Shown here in pieces: positions 1-9,399 of a DNA stretch of 64,000 nucleotides (within the stretch, counting starts at the first letter, position 1; each line of letters opens with the position of its first letter). Both the position numbers and the translations under genes were made by a program. Origin of the DNA: a virus (lineage: Duplodnaviria; Heunggongvirae; Uroviricota; Caudoviricetes); IMG/VR virus record IMGVR_UViG_3300022561_001209; one strand, written 5' to 3'. A model generated the notes under the pieces. That model was not told the origin of the DNA, made no database searches, and was given only the letters and a program-made list of their open reading frames with translations.

Positions 1-252
1 TATCTTTGAATTGTTCAGGTAGATTTTCTTTATAATATTCTAGTGTACTACATAAGTCATCTGTTGCACTCATATGTGACATAGTCATATAACTTGGTAT
101 TCTTGTTTCAATTTCATACTTTATCTTATTAGAATCTTCCACTATTTTAATTTCATAATCTGACTTTCTACTTATATTGAATTGTTCTAATAAATATAGT
201 ACAAATCTCTCTAATTCTTGATGTATTGTCATATTTTTACCTCTCAATTTAT

Positions 253-1431
253 CTACATTATTCTTAAAAGCCTAATCACCATACTTACTACTATAATCAA
301 ATATATAATGTTTGTTATTAGTTTAATGTACCCTATCTTCTCATATAATAAATTACTTAGTTTCTTTGTACTTTTTCCTATGTAAGCTATTACACACACT
401 ATTATCAATGGTACTATGAACATTAAATTATATATTCCTATATAAACATAAGGTAAAATTCCACCTTCTCCAGAACTTATTATATAAGATACAGTTGGCA
501 AGTAAACTTGACCTGTACAAGTGAATTCCAGTATTGTTAATATTACTCCTAAAATAAATCCGTAAATAATTATGTTTGTTGATGTTGTCATTTTACTTAT
601 AAATTTATTTATCAGTTTCTTTTGATTTTTGTTAAGTTGATTTTGAATACCTCCAATATCCCCTTTTTTAATTGCTAAATAATCTTTGGTATTTAAGTAT
701 ATAATGTATAAACAAATTAAAATTGTTATTGTGTATATAACTATTGTCAACCAACTTAATTTTACTGCAACTTCCATCATCTTAAATAAGTTAAACCCTA
801 TGAAATAATAAGTTATAAATGTTCCTAATGCGAATGACACTCCTACATAAATTACTTTCTTCTTATCTAATTTTATTACTGTACTTATTAACAATATTAA
901 CATTGCCAATGCACAAGGATTAACTCCATCCACTAAACCTGCTAATGCTATCACTGTTAAATTCATACTTTTAAATGTTTCTTCTGTTATTTCTTTATTA
1001 TCTAAATCTATGTTATCTACATCTAATAGTTTGTATCCTCCGTCTGAATTAATCTCTTCTTCTAAAACTCTATCAAAGTTTCCAGTTATTTCTTTCTCCC
1101 CCGCTAATGCTTTGTCTCCAACTATTGCAAAAGGTGATAGTGTTTGATTCCCTAAATATTTTGCAACCCTTTGAAATTCTTCGAATGTTTCAACTTCATC
1201 TGCATTCCTGTAATCTACTGTTACTTTGTAATTTCTTTCAGCTAAGAACTCTTTTATTATCTTACAGTTAGAACAACTGTCTGTTCCGTAAAGAATTATC
1301 TCAACCTTTGTTTGTTCTTCTGCGTATGTTATCATTGGTAACAGTGCACTTAACATCATTAGTACTGCAATTACTAACATTATTATTCTCTTTATCTTAG
1401 TATTATTCAAATATTTTCCCGTCCTTGACAT
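253..1431 (-). CDS. Secreted/membrane thiol-disulfide oxidoreductase: thioredoxin-like domain (CSNC) fused to a CcdA/DsbD-like polytopic membrane domain
   Basis: N-terminal signal/TM, then a thioredoxin-type CxxC motif (GTDSCSNCKII). The C-terminal multi-TM region has NPC and a second membrane cysteine motif (VNPCALAML, FTCTGQVYLP) typical of CcdA/DsbD beta-domain. Confidence 0.6.
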   Translation of the reverse strand: MSRTGKYLNNTKIKRIIMLVIAVLMMLSALLPMITYAEEQTKVEIILYGTDSCSNCKIIKEFLAERNYKVTVDYRNADEVETFEEFQRVAKYLGNQTLSPFAIVGDKALAGEKEITGNFDRVLEEEINSDGGYKLLDVDNIDLDNKEITEETFKSMNLTVIALAGLVDGVNPCALAMLILLISTVIKLDKKKVIYVGVSFALGTFITYYFIGFNLFKMMEVAVKLSWLTIVIYTITILICLYIIYLNTKDYLAIKKGDIGGIQNQLNKNQKKLINKFISKMTTSTNIIIYGFILGVILTILEFTCTGQVYLPTVSYIISSGEGGILPYVYIGIYNLMFIVPLIIVCVIAYIGKSTKKLSNLLYEKIGYIKLITNIIYLIIVVSMVIRLLRIM

Positions 1432-1435
1432 TTAT

Positions 1436-1882
1436 TTAGTTCCAGTTTAATATTACCCATATTGTTATGATTACTGATGCAACAATTCCTATGACTAATA
1501 ATGCTTTATATATTGGATTTACTTCTAATCTTTTGATGTCTTCAACTGTCAATTCACATTCTGTCTCTGCTTCTGGATTGTCTTGTAAATTCTTAACTTT
1601 CTCTGATAAGCCTTTAAATTTTGTAATTATGCTTTCGTATAACTTCTCTAATTCTTTAAGCGATTTTTCTTTCTCTTTTAATTGAAAAATTCTCTGTACT
1701 TCCCATGACTTTCCTCTAGCTTTACCTATTTCTTTGCCCAAACCTATAAGCTGTTTTCTTACGTCTTCTGTCCCTTTTACTTTCTCAAGTAATGTTGTAT
1801 ATTCTCTTGTAGTTCTATGCATTTGTTGAAGCTCTCTATAAAATTTATCTGCTTCTATATCTATTTGTTCTACATTATTCAT
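1436..1882 (-). CDS. hypothetical coiled-coil protein with C-terminal transmembrane helix
   Basis: ORF with charged heptad-like region and hydrophobic C-terminus (ALLVIGIVASVIITIWVIL); no known domain. Confidence 0.4.
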   Translation of the reverse strand: MNNVEQIDIEADKFYRELQQMHRTTREYTTLLEKVKGTEDVRKQLIGLGKEIGKARGKSWEVQRIFQLKEKEKSLKELEKLYESIITKFKGLSEKVKNLQDNPEAETECELTVEDIKRLEVNPIYKALLVIGIVASVIITIWVILNWN

Positions 1883-2140
1883 ACTATTCCTCTTACCTTA
1901 TGTTCTCTAATCTATGTCTAACTGATATAATTAATTCTTCTTCTAATTTTATATCTAGTTCACTTTTGTATATCCTATGTTTTAAGTCTATTAATTTATA
2001 TCCATATTGTATTTTCTTATGAATACAAATTCTTTGTATCCGTTCTATCTCAGAACTTATATATTATCTCAATCTCATTAACGTTAATCTTCTTCTACAT
2101 TTTCCTTTAATCATTTTATCTGTTTTCTCTGTAGTTAATT

Positions 2141-2416
2141 TTATTCGTAAATCATGTCTACTACCTTATTATCCACGAACTCTGTTATTACTTTCATTGC
2201 CTCTTCTTTTATCATGTTATCAAATTGTTTTATTAGCATTTCAGCTACTGCCAGCTCACAGTTTCTTCTTTCAAGTACACATGGACAATCGTTCTTAAAT
2301 TTCTCCATTGATATTTCTATTATTTTTTCTTCTTTTATATCTGCATCATACATAGGTATAATGTCTTCTTCCCCATCTTCATCTATTACTACTATTCTTC
2401 CCGTAAATTTACTCAT
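2141..2416 (-). CDS. hypothetical small protein
   Basis: ORF in co-directional tightly packed array; no recognisable domain. Confidence 0.35.
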   Translation of the reverse strand: MSKFTGRIVVIDEDGEEDIIPMYDADIKEEKIIEISMEKFKNDCPCVLERRNCELAVAEMLIKQFDNMIKEEAMKVITEFVDNKVVDMIYE

Positions 2417-2429
2417 TTCTCATTTCTCC

Positions 2430-2696
2430 TTATTTTATTAATCTGTCTAATTCTATTATTTCAAACTCTTCACCAAATGCCTCAGCATTCATTTCTATAC
2501 TTCCATCATCAAACAACATTACGTAGAAATATGGATATTCTATGTAAGAATCAAACTCTTTGTCTAAATCCCAAAACTGCTCAACTTCTAAATTATTCTT
2601 TATGAAATTAATTAATTTTCTCTGTTGTTCTTCATTCTTTATGTGAACAACTAATTCACCTCGTAAAAACTTTTCTTTTGCTACTTTATTTTTCAT
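2430..2696 (-). CDS. hypothetical small protein
   Basis: ORF in co-directional array; no recognisable domain. Confidence 0.35.
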   Translation of the reverse strand: MKNKVAKEKFLRGELVVHIKNEEQQRKLINFIKNNLEVEQFWDLDKEFDSYIEYPYFYVMLFDDGSIEMNAEAFGEEFEIIELDRLIK

Positions 2697-2698
2697 AT

Positions 2699-2944
2699 TT
2701 ATCTTTTTCCCCTTCCGCTGTCATGTCTTTTTCTTCTGTATTTTTTCTTTTCTGCACTGTTAATTATTTCTTCTATGTCTCTTCTCTCATCTTCTTTTGT
2801 ATAAGGTGACACTCCACCACTGAAGTACCAATTATTCTCTTCTATAAATTCTATGAACTTATCTGATAAGTCTAATGTACTTATTGGATTTTCCCTTACA
2901 TCTATTATTCCTTCTATTTTTATATCTTTGTATTGTTTATCCAT
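2699..2944 (-). CDS. hypothetical small protein (basic C-terminus)
   Basis: ORF in co-directional array; 3-nt spacing to neighbours. Confidence 0.35.
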   Translation of the reverse strand: MDKQYKDIKIEGIIDVRENPISTLDLSDKFIEFIEENNWYFSGGVSPYTKEDERRDIEEIINSAEKKKYRRKRHDSGRGKR

Positions 2945-2950
2945 CTACTA

Positions 2951-3247
2951 TTACCCCATGTAAGAATTTAATCTTTTACATTCTTCCTGTGCTTCTTCAT
3001 ATGTCTTGAATATATCTCTTTCTTTGTATATTGAAAAATCTATATTATATTTAACCTCTATACAATCGTCCCATATATCTAATTTTATTGTACGTATTCT
3101 TAAAGGTTCTTTATTCTCACTGTAAATATCTTCTGTTTTTACTCTCCAACATGTCCCTGTACTATACCAATCATTATGTTCAATTTCTTCTGCTATTGGA
3201 AACACTTCGTCTCCAATGTTAAAATTTGTTTCTACGGTTATATTCAT
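2951..3247 (-). CDS. hypothetical small protein
   Basis: ORF in co-directional array. Confidence 0.35.
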   Translation of the reverse strand: MNITVETNFNIGDEVFPIAEEIEHNDWYSTGTCWRVKTEDIYSENKEPLRIRTIKLDIWDDCIEVKYNIDFSIYKERDIFKTYEEAQEECKRLNSYMG

Positions 3248-3263
3248 GTGTCCCCCTTTAAAA

Positions 3264-3512
3264 TTAATCAGCTATTTCAAATCCAGAGTAATCAGCGTAA
3301 ATAAATATGTAGCCTGAATCTGAATCAAAGTATTCATCATTTTCAGTTATAACTGTATCACAGTACACATCATATTTTGCTCCCACTTCTTTTGCTAACT
3401 CCAGTATGAAATCTCCCTCATCTCTTTTGAGTTCATCTAAAGTATTTCTTTTAAAAGTCTTTATGTGTGATGTATTGTCGTTTAATGTTAAAGTTAACTC
3501 TAGTTTAAACAT
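3264..3512 (-). CDS. hypothetical small acidic protein
   Basis: ORF in co-directional array. Confidence 0.35.
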   Translation of the reverse strand: MFKLELTLTLNDNTSHIKTFKRNTLDELKRDEGDFILELAKEVGAKYDVYCDTVITENDEYFDSDSGYIFIYADYSGFEIAD

Positions 3513-3805
3513 TTTATTACCTCCGAATTATATTTTTACTCCTGACTCATTACTCTTTTCTTAGTTTCCATTAAGTTATGAACTAACACATTCAATTCAT
3601 AGTCTACTTCATCATAACAAAGTCCACTTACTATTTCTATTACTCCATCGTCTGTATTTGCATAAATATTATATCACCCATTTTCTTTGAAGTTCTTGTC
3701 TTCTTCAAAATACATTTCACTAACATACTCTGCTCCGAATGTCTCTACTAAGTCTGTTATCTTGTCTGTGAATGGTTTTAACATTTCTCTATCCATGGCT
3801 TTCTC

Positions 3806-3994
3806 CTATTCAATATATAATAGTAATGTATTTATCTTTCCACATTTAGGACATTTCTTATATTCTTCTTTAACCATTCCACCATCTTTTATAATTTCTT
3901 CTTCTAATGCTTTATCTTCATTTATTCCTTTTACTTTAGTAATGTAATCACAGCCATTGTTAAAACACTTGTAAGTCATTTTTACTAAACTCAT
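3806..3994 (-). CDS. small zinc-ribbon protein (C-x4-C ... C-x2-C)
   Basis: KCFNNGC ... CPKCG cysteine pairs in a 62-aa ORF. Confidence 0.35.
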   Translation of the reverse strand: MSLVKMTYKCFNNGCDYITKVKGINEDKALEEEIIKDGGMVKEEYKKCPKCGKINTLLLYIE

Positions 3995-4206
3995 ATTAAT
4001 TCTCCTACTGCTCTTTTTAATTCATAAAATCCTTCTGTCATTGATTCAATTATCAATAATATAACCAATGTAACTATTATTATAATTCCTAAAGTTGATG
4101 TTTCTAACAATATCATTGGAAATAATATTAATGATATTAGTGTTAATATTATTGATAATATTGCTACTGCTTTGATTAAAATGTTCTTCATCAGGTTTCT
4201 CCCCAT
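3991..4206 (-). CDS. small membrane protein (2 TM)
   Basis: two hydrophobic helices in a 71-aa ORF; overlaps previous stop by 4 nt. Confidence 0.35.
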   Translation of the reverse strand: MGRNLMKNILIKAVAILSIILTLISLILFPMILLETSTLGIIIIVTLVILLIIESMTEGFYELKRAVGELI

Positions 4207-4223
4207 ACCCCTATTATTTTATT

Positions 4224-4448
4224 TTATTTTAGTGATTTTAAAAATTTATTCAATCTGTTTATAACGTAATCTATAAATTCCTCTTTTATATTTCCCATTA
4301 AAAATATTGTTCCTTCATCAGTTATCATAACAACTTCTGAACCTTCTTTACGTGCTATTTCTTTTATAAATTTATTTCCTTTAAATCCTGTAAAGTCTTT
4401 TATTAGTTTTTCTGAGTAAACTATTTTTCTTTCAATATCTCTAGTCAT
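4224..4448 (-). CDS. hypothetical small protein
   Basis: ORF in array. Confidence 0.35.
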   Translation of the reverse strand: MTRDIERKIVYSEKLIKDFTGFKGNKFIKEIARKEGSEVVMITDEGTIFLMGNIKEEFIDYVINRLNKFLKSLK

Positions 4449-4449
4449 T

Positions 4450-4845
4450 TTAATTTAGTTCCCTTTCCAATTCAAAAAGTTCATTCAAGTCTATTCCAAA
4501 GTATTCTTTTGTCTTTTCCATTAGCACTTCTCTTGTCACTGTATTCTTCTCATTAAAATAAGTATTCTCTAAAACATATTTCATAAACTTCTTTTTAGTA
4601 TCTAATAATTTCTCTGCACTATCTTTCTCTATTTTCCTCTTAGTTTTAATGTATACTTTTACTTCGTCTTCTGTTTCAAACAGTTCGTAATCATAAAAAT
4701 TATCTGCTCCAAAAGAATCAAGACATGTAACATGCCAGAATGTCTTTGTATCGTTCTTAGCACTATATTCAATTTCACATGCTTCAGGTTCACCTAAGTG
4801 ACCTACGAACCAATAAACTTTTCCGACTTCTATGCTCCTTACCAT
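4450..4845 (-). CDS. hypothetical protein
   Basis: 131-aa ORF in array. Confidence 0.4.
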   Translation of the reverse strand: MVRSIEVGKVYWFVGHLGEPEACEIEYSAKNDTKTFWHVTCLDSFGADNFYDYELFETEDEVKVYIKTKRKIEKDSAEKLLDTKKKFMKYVLENTYFNEKNTVTREVLMEKTKEYFGIDLNELFELERELN

Positions 4846-4862
4846 GTCTTCCCCTTTGTATT

Positions 4863-5150
4863 TTATACTATTATTTTAAAACCTGTTGAATCTTCGTTAA
4901 TGTCTATTAATACTTTCTTTTCTGATATGTTCACTAATTCGTCCATATCTGCACAGTTTTCGTAAACTTCCATTTCACAATATACTTTGCCAGTTAGTTT
5001 GTTTTCTTTTATTGTTTTCATTACTTCTTCAGTAATCTGTGCATCTAACTTTTCTGTATTGTTTATATCTTCTATACCATAAATCATCTTATTAGATGTT
5101 ACTCCCATACCTAAATCTTTTACTACTGTCAATCCTATTACATAGCTCAT
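4863..5150 (-). CDS. hypothetical small protein
   Basis: ORF in array. Confidence 0.35.
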   Translation of the reverse strand: MSYVIGLTVVKDLGMGVTSNKMIYGIEDINNTEKLDAQITEEVMKTIKENKLTGKVYCEMEVYENCADMDELVNISEKKVLIDINEDSTGFKIIV

Positions 5151-5167
5151 ATCTTATCTCTCTGTCT

Positions 5168-5461
5168 TTACTTCATTTTCTGTAGTTCTCTAATTGCTCT
5201 GGGTTTATCATACTTTAACAATGCTAAATAATAATATGACTTAACTGGATACTTTGTCTTTGTTATCATTAAATCGTAAGCTGTAATTTCGTCTATGTTT
5301 ATTTTACTATTTTTTATTATATTTACATCTTGTTTATCAAGCACTTCAGTTAGTTCATCAAGTATCTCTGCATGTTTCTCAATTATTTCGTAAATGTTAC
5401 ATGCTTTACTATATCCTACATCAAACTCTTTCTTTATTACCCCTATTATTGTATCTTTCAC
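5168..5461 (-). CDS. hypothetical small protein
   Basis: ORF in array. Confidence 0.35.
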   Translation of the reverse strand: MKDTIIGVIKKEFDVGYSKACNIYEIIEKHAEILDELTEVLDKQDVNIIKNSKINIDEITAYDLMITKTKYPVKSYYYLALLKYDKPRAIRELQKMK

Positions 5462-5479
5462 TTTGTCTCCTGTTATCTG

Positions 5480-5749
5480 CTATATTTTAGTCAGTAAGTT
5501 TTTAATTGGTGACAGTCTATAAAAATCTGATTTTATTATTACTTCTTTAGCCATTATATCATCCATCATGTCAGTTAAATCATCAGGTAATACACGTCTG
5601 TCTAAGATTATCTCACCATTAGAAGCATGATGCTTTTCTTTTATAACTGTCTCTGTTCCATTGTCACTTATTACTGTAATTTTAGATGCTATTCTATATA
5701 TTCTAGAATCAGGTAATCCATAAATTAATTGCTCCTTCACATCTTCCAT
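5480..5749 (-). CDS. hypothetical protein; stand-alone copy of the C-terminal domain of the upstream 311-aa protein
   Basis: LIYGLPDSRIYRIASKITVISDNGTETVIKEK parallels LYHGLPDSRIYKAASKITVLSYNGTEIVIKDR in ORF 5754-6689. True start is probably the internal Met (MEDVKEQ), not the overlapping upstream start. Confidence 0.4.
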   Translation of the reverse strand: MEDVKEQLIYGLPDSRIYRIASKITVISDNGTETVIKEKHHASNGEIILDRRVLPDDLTDMMDDIMAKEVIIKSDFYRLSPIKNLLTKI

Positions 5750-5753
5750 AGCT

Positions 5754-6689
5754 CTATATCTCTCCAAGTATTTTTCTAACTTCTTTATTGCTATAAAATT
5801 CAGGATATATTGTAACATCTTTAAATTCTACTAATTCAGCTAATACATCTAAATCTTCGTACTTATAACTTTCATCTAGTATAACTTTTCCTTCAGTTTC
5901 TAACCCTCTGTCTTTTATAACTATTTCTGTTCCGTTATAACTTAACACAGTAATTTTAGATGCTGCTTTGTATATTCTGCTGTCAGGTAACCCATGATAT
6001 AACTTTGTTTTAATATCTACTTCCATTTTTCTAAATTTCTCCTCTTCATATTTTTGATATGTTATAATTGCCTTTATTGCTTCAATTTGATTATTGTTAT
6101 AATGTTTATTATCATCATAATCAAAATTAAATACTATATCATTAAAATTGTTCAATACTATTACATATAGTTCTTCTACATCATTTGTAAATGCCTCTTT
6201 TCCTTTTAGTATATAAGGAAATTTTAAAAATCTTTTACTCAATCTCAAATCTCTATAGTTACTAGTATACTCAATTAACTCAAGTTCTTGTTTTGAATAA
6301 CTCTCATATTCTGTTATAATACTTATTCTGTCTTCATATTCACAACAGTCTACCAAAACCTCTTTGAATGTGTGTGAATGAGTTTCTATATCGTCTATTT
6401 TATATTCGTAAATACTACCTATTACTTGTTTATTAAATACAAACATTATTTCACCTATTAAGTATCCAAGACTAGAATCGTTTTCTATGTATTCTACCTT
6501 ATGTCCTTTGAGGTCTTCTCCTTCATCGACTACTATAATAGGATGCGTGTTCTTAACCAATATATCAGCTGAATATACATCCAACTCTGGAACATAAAAT
6601 ATCCCATTAGTTTTATTATTCTTATAATAATCAATTATTATCTTCTGACTCTTCTCTACTGACGGTTTACCTATTCTTTCTATCTCCAT
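5754..6689 (-). CDS. hypothetical protein (311 aa) carrying the shared C-terminal GLPDSRIY domain
   Basis: long ORF; C-terminal 85 aa paralogous to next gene. Confidence 0.45.
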   Translation of the reverse strand: MEIERIGKPSVEKSQKIIIDYYKNNKTNGIFYVPELDVYSADILVKNTHPIIVVDEGEDLKGHKVEYIENDSSLGYLIGEIMFVFNKQVIGSIYEYKIDDIETHSHTFKEVLVDCCEYEDRISIITEYESYSKQELELIEYTSNYRDLRLSKRFLKFPYILKGKEAFTNDVEELYVIVLNNFNDIVFNFDYDDNKHYNNNQIEAIKAIITYQKYEEEKFRKMEVDIKTKLYHGLPDSRIYKAASKITVLSYNGTEIVIKDRGLETEGKVILDESYKYEDLDVLAELVEFKDVTIYPEFYSNKEVRKILGEI

Positions 6690-6711
6690 AACATCATCCG
6701 CCTTTTTTATA

Positions 6712-6969
6712 CTATCTATACAAATCGTTAGGTATTAAATGTCCACTAAAACATTTTGTTCTGTAGAACTCACACATCTCTGTCTCGTCTACTAAAGCTA
6801 CTATGTTCTCTGCTTTAATTATATCAACTCTGTCTTTATATCCTTCTAAATAATTCACTGTTATATTGTCTCCGTTTACGTCTATAATAGTTCCATCGAA
6901 TTCACTCATTCTTCCGTCATTGTATACATCAATGTCACAAATAACTATCTGACCTTTTTTAAATTCCAT
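6712..6969 (-). CDS. hypothetical small protein
   Basis: ORF in array. Confidence 0.35.
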   Translation of the reverse strand: MEFKKGQIVICDIDVYNDGRMSEFDGTIIDVNGDNITVNYLEGYKDRVDIIKAENIVALVDETEMCEFYRTKCFSGHLIPNDLYR

Positions 6970-7127
6970 AGTTTAATCCTCCACTTTATATGAATAAAAT
7001 ATTTAGTTCACTCTTAATTTAAAAACCTTTTTTAATAATATTATATAAATTTTAGATACATATTTTAGTGACAAACAGGCAACGAGTTTTAATTAACTTC
7101 ATCACCTGTCCGCCCTCTTATTATGTT

Positions 7128-7994
7128 TTATGTATTATTTTTCTTACCCTTTTTACCTAATGAAAATGTATGGTCATCTATTTTTACATATATATTTTTT
7201 TCTATTAAATCTGCAAATCCTACATCCATTCCTTTTTCGTAAACTAAATCTATATTTGCGTAATAATACATGTTATCAGGATATGGATTTATGTAAAGTA
7301 CGTCTCTTACTGCTTGTAAATCTTCTTCTGTATATTTTCCAAATTTACTACCTCTAACACAGTTGAATTGTGAACCATTACCCATATAAATGAGTTCTTT
7401 TACATTCTTTCCGTAGTATCCACTTGTCAATCTATTTATTACTACTGATGCTACTGCTTTCTTACCTTCGTAAGATTGATTACCTGCTTCACCCCAAACA
7501 ACCATAGCTATTAACTCAATTTCTTTTTCAGTTATTTTTATGTTTTTATCGCTAACCAGTTCAGGGTCATGCTCTATTGTTTCTGAATCATTTTCTTTAA
7601 GTGCTAATTCAAACTTCTTAGTTTTATCTTCTTCTTTCTTATCTTGATATTCTAACTGTTTATCCAATTCTTCTTGACTAATTTTTATTGTATTGCTACT
7701 ATTGACTTCTTTTGATACACTTTCTATTTTTGCTATTTCTATATCGCTACTTTCAGGTATATCTACTTTCTCTACTTTCCCTACTCTTACTATATCTTCG
7801 TTACTATAATTAAATACGCTTACTGTCTTATCATCTTCTTTTGCTGATGCTGATACCATAAATACCATCATTACTGTTGTTATTATCATAAGTCTTAATA
7901 CCTTTTTTGTTCGTTTCTTCCCCATTATTGCTATTAGTTTAATTCCCAAAGGAAGTTCCCTAAATTCTGTTATTTTTCCCTTATACTTGTACAT
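7128..7994 (-). CDS. SleB/CwlJ-family cell wall hydrolase with N-terminal membrane anchor
   Basis: N-terminal TM helix; C-terminal domain (VVWGEAGNQSYEGKKAVASVVINRL ... GSQFNCV) matches the Hydrolase_2/SleB signature. Confidence 0.75.
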   Translation of the reverse strand: MYKYKGKITEFRELPLGIKLIAIMGKKRTKKVLRLMIITTVMMVFMVSASAKEDDKTVSVFNYSNEDIVRVGKVEKVDIPESSDIEIAKIESVSKEVNSSNTIKISQEELDKQLEYQDKKEEDKTKKFELALKENDSETIEHDPELVSDKNIKITEKEIELIAMVVWGEAGNQSYEGKKAVASVVINRLTSGYYGKNVKELIYMGNGSQFNCVRGSKFGKYTEEDLQAVRDVLYINPYPDNMYYYANIDLVYEKGMDVGFADLIEKNIYVKIDDHTFSLGKKGKKNNT

Positions 7995-8026
7995 TTTTTC
8001 CTCCAGTAATTTATCTGCCTAAAGTT

Positions 8027-8506
8027 TTATTTTATAACTGCATCGAATGAACCATCAGGTTTCCTATTAAGACTTACTTCTATGTCTTTACCGCCGTTTG
8101 ATAAACCTGCTAAGTCATAAGCTATTCCTGTAAAACTTTTCATTACATTATTTACTGTACTTGCCGCTTCTTCATCATTTCTATCGAATATTGCATATAC
8201 AACTGTTTCTGATTCAGGATTGACTATCATATTTAATCTATCGTTTTTAATTATTACTTTTGTTCCTTTAATTTCTACTTGGTCTGTTATTCCTTTAACG
8301 TCATCTTTAACATTTGTTGCTAACTCACCAACTGACATGTTAGCTACCTGTTTTCCTTTATATTCTATAGTTGATACTTTTTCGTAAATCTTATCTCCAA
8401 CGCCTTCTACTTTGTTTGCTATATCAGGTTGTAACCAACCTATCTTTGCAAGTATTAATAGTATTACAAATATGAATATTATATTTCTTATTAGTTTCAT
8501 TTTCAT
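8027..8506 (-). CDS. secreted/membrane-anchored hypothetical protein
   Basis: N-terminal hydrophobic helix; 34 nt upstream of SleB-like gene; directly downstream of consensus promoter. Confidence 0.45.
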   Translation of the reverse strand: MKMKLIRNIIFIFVILLILAKIGWLQPDIANKVEGVGDKIYEKVSTIEYKGKQVANMSVGELATNVKDDVKGITDQVEIKGTKVIIKNDRLNMIVNPESETVVYAIFDRNDEEAASTVNNVMKSFTGIAYDLAGLSNGGKDIEVSLNRKPDGSFDAVIK

Positions 8507-8556
8507 TATCTCCCTTTTTATTTTTTAAAATTTGTTTTCCTTAATCTTTATAATTC

Positions 8557-8585
8557 ATTATACCAAATTTTAAAACTTTTGTCAA
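8557..8585 (-). promoter_or_regulatory. consensus sigma-A type promoter (TTGACA-17-TATAAT with TG extension) plus A-tract UP element to about 8625
   Basis: minus-strand reading AAGTCTTGACAAAAGTTTTAAAATTTGGTATAATGAATTA. The -35 is at 8580-8585 and the -10 at 8557-8562. One of at least 10 near-identical copies in the window. Confidence 0.7.
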
Positions 8586-8804
8586 GACTTTTTTATAACT
8601 TTTTTTAATAACTTTCTAAACCAATATTAAATCAATAAAATATCCATTAGGTTATTATAACATAATTTCTAATGTAAATCAATAACTTTTTATAAACTTA
8701 TTATAATAACCTAAAATATTTTTAAATTTACATTCAGTTCTATGACTTTCACATTAGAATGTATATAGTCTAATTCCTCTTTTACCTTCTCATTGTAAAT
8801 TTTC

Positions 8805-9047
8805 TTAATCTACTGCACAATAACTATGTATGTTTACTCCATTATTTTGTAAAACTTCTATTGCTTGCCACATGGTCATGCCATCCGTAAATTCCTTCTC
8901 CAACACTTCTATTCCCTTTTTAATTCTTTTATTATTATTATAGAAGCACGGTTCATTATATCTGTCTTCTAAATCTCTTCCAAATATCTCCTTTTCTTCT
9001 AAGTCATACTTTACCATTAAATAATCATTCTTCAGAACTTTTTTCAT
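8805..9047 (-). CDS. hypothetical small protein
   Basis: ORF. Confidence 0.35.
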   Translation of the reverse strand: MKKVLKNDYLMVKYDLEEKEIFGRDLEDRYNEPCFYNNNKRIKKGIEVLEKEFTDGMTMWQAIEVLQNNGVNIHSYCAVD

Positions 9048-9049
9048 AT

Positions 9050-9379
9050 CTATAATTTCCTCCCTGTATTTATTATTTTCTCTGCTTCTTCTTTCTCATA
9101 TTTCTTGACTAATTCTTCTGTAAGTTCTCGTATATCATCTGATTCATATAAATATTCTACTGGGTTCATGTTGTCTTCTGTTGTACTCGTACATAGTGCA
9201 AACCAATATTCCCCGTTTCCTTTGTATATGATGTCTATACAGAAGAAATCTATGTCGTTAAAATTTTTACTATATATCCCACAACAATTAGGTGAATGTA
9301 GTTTTGCAAATTCCTTCTCAATTTCGATGTCTAAATTATTTATGTAATACTCCATAAACTCCCTACCTGTTTGCTCCAT
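9050..9379 (-). CDS. hypothetical protein
   Basis: ORF, 3-nt spacing to downstream gene. Confidence 0.35.
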   Translation of the reverse strand: MEQTGREFMEYYINNLDIEIEKEFAKLHSPNCCGIYSKNFNDIDFFCIDIIYKGNGEYWFALCTSTTEDNMNPVEYLYESDDIRELTEELVKKYEKEEAEKIINTGRKL

Positions 9380-9399
9380 TTTGTTACCTCCACATTATT

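Noticed and set aside
3672-3797. Alternative genetic code (TGA=Trp, Mycoplasma-like), suggested by very low GC and an in-frame TGA in a short frame
   Set aside because: Long ORFs (604 and 684 aa) are uninterrupted under the standard code, Trp is encoded by TGG throughout, and the genes terminate with TAA/TAG. The single in-frame TGA in a 40-codon frame is most simply two short ORFs or a chance stop.
5754-5818. 65-nt overlap between ORF 5480-5818 and ORF 5754-6689
   Set aside because: Probably an artefact of choosing the most upstream start. An internal Met (MEDVKEQ..., near 5749) gives a non-overlapping start just after the upstream stop.
6990-7075. UP-element-like AT tract with TTGTCA and TATAAT upstream of ORF 6712-6969
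   Set aside because: The hexamers are 23 nt apart, so it does not fit the strict 17-nt spacer of the promoter family. It may be a weak or degenerate copy.
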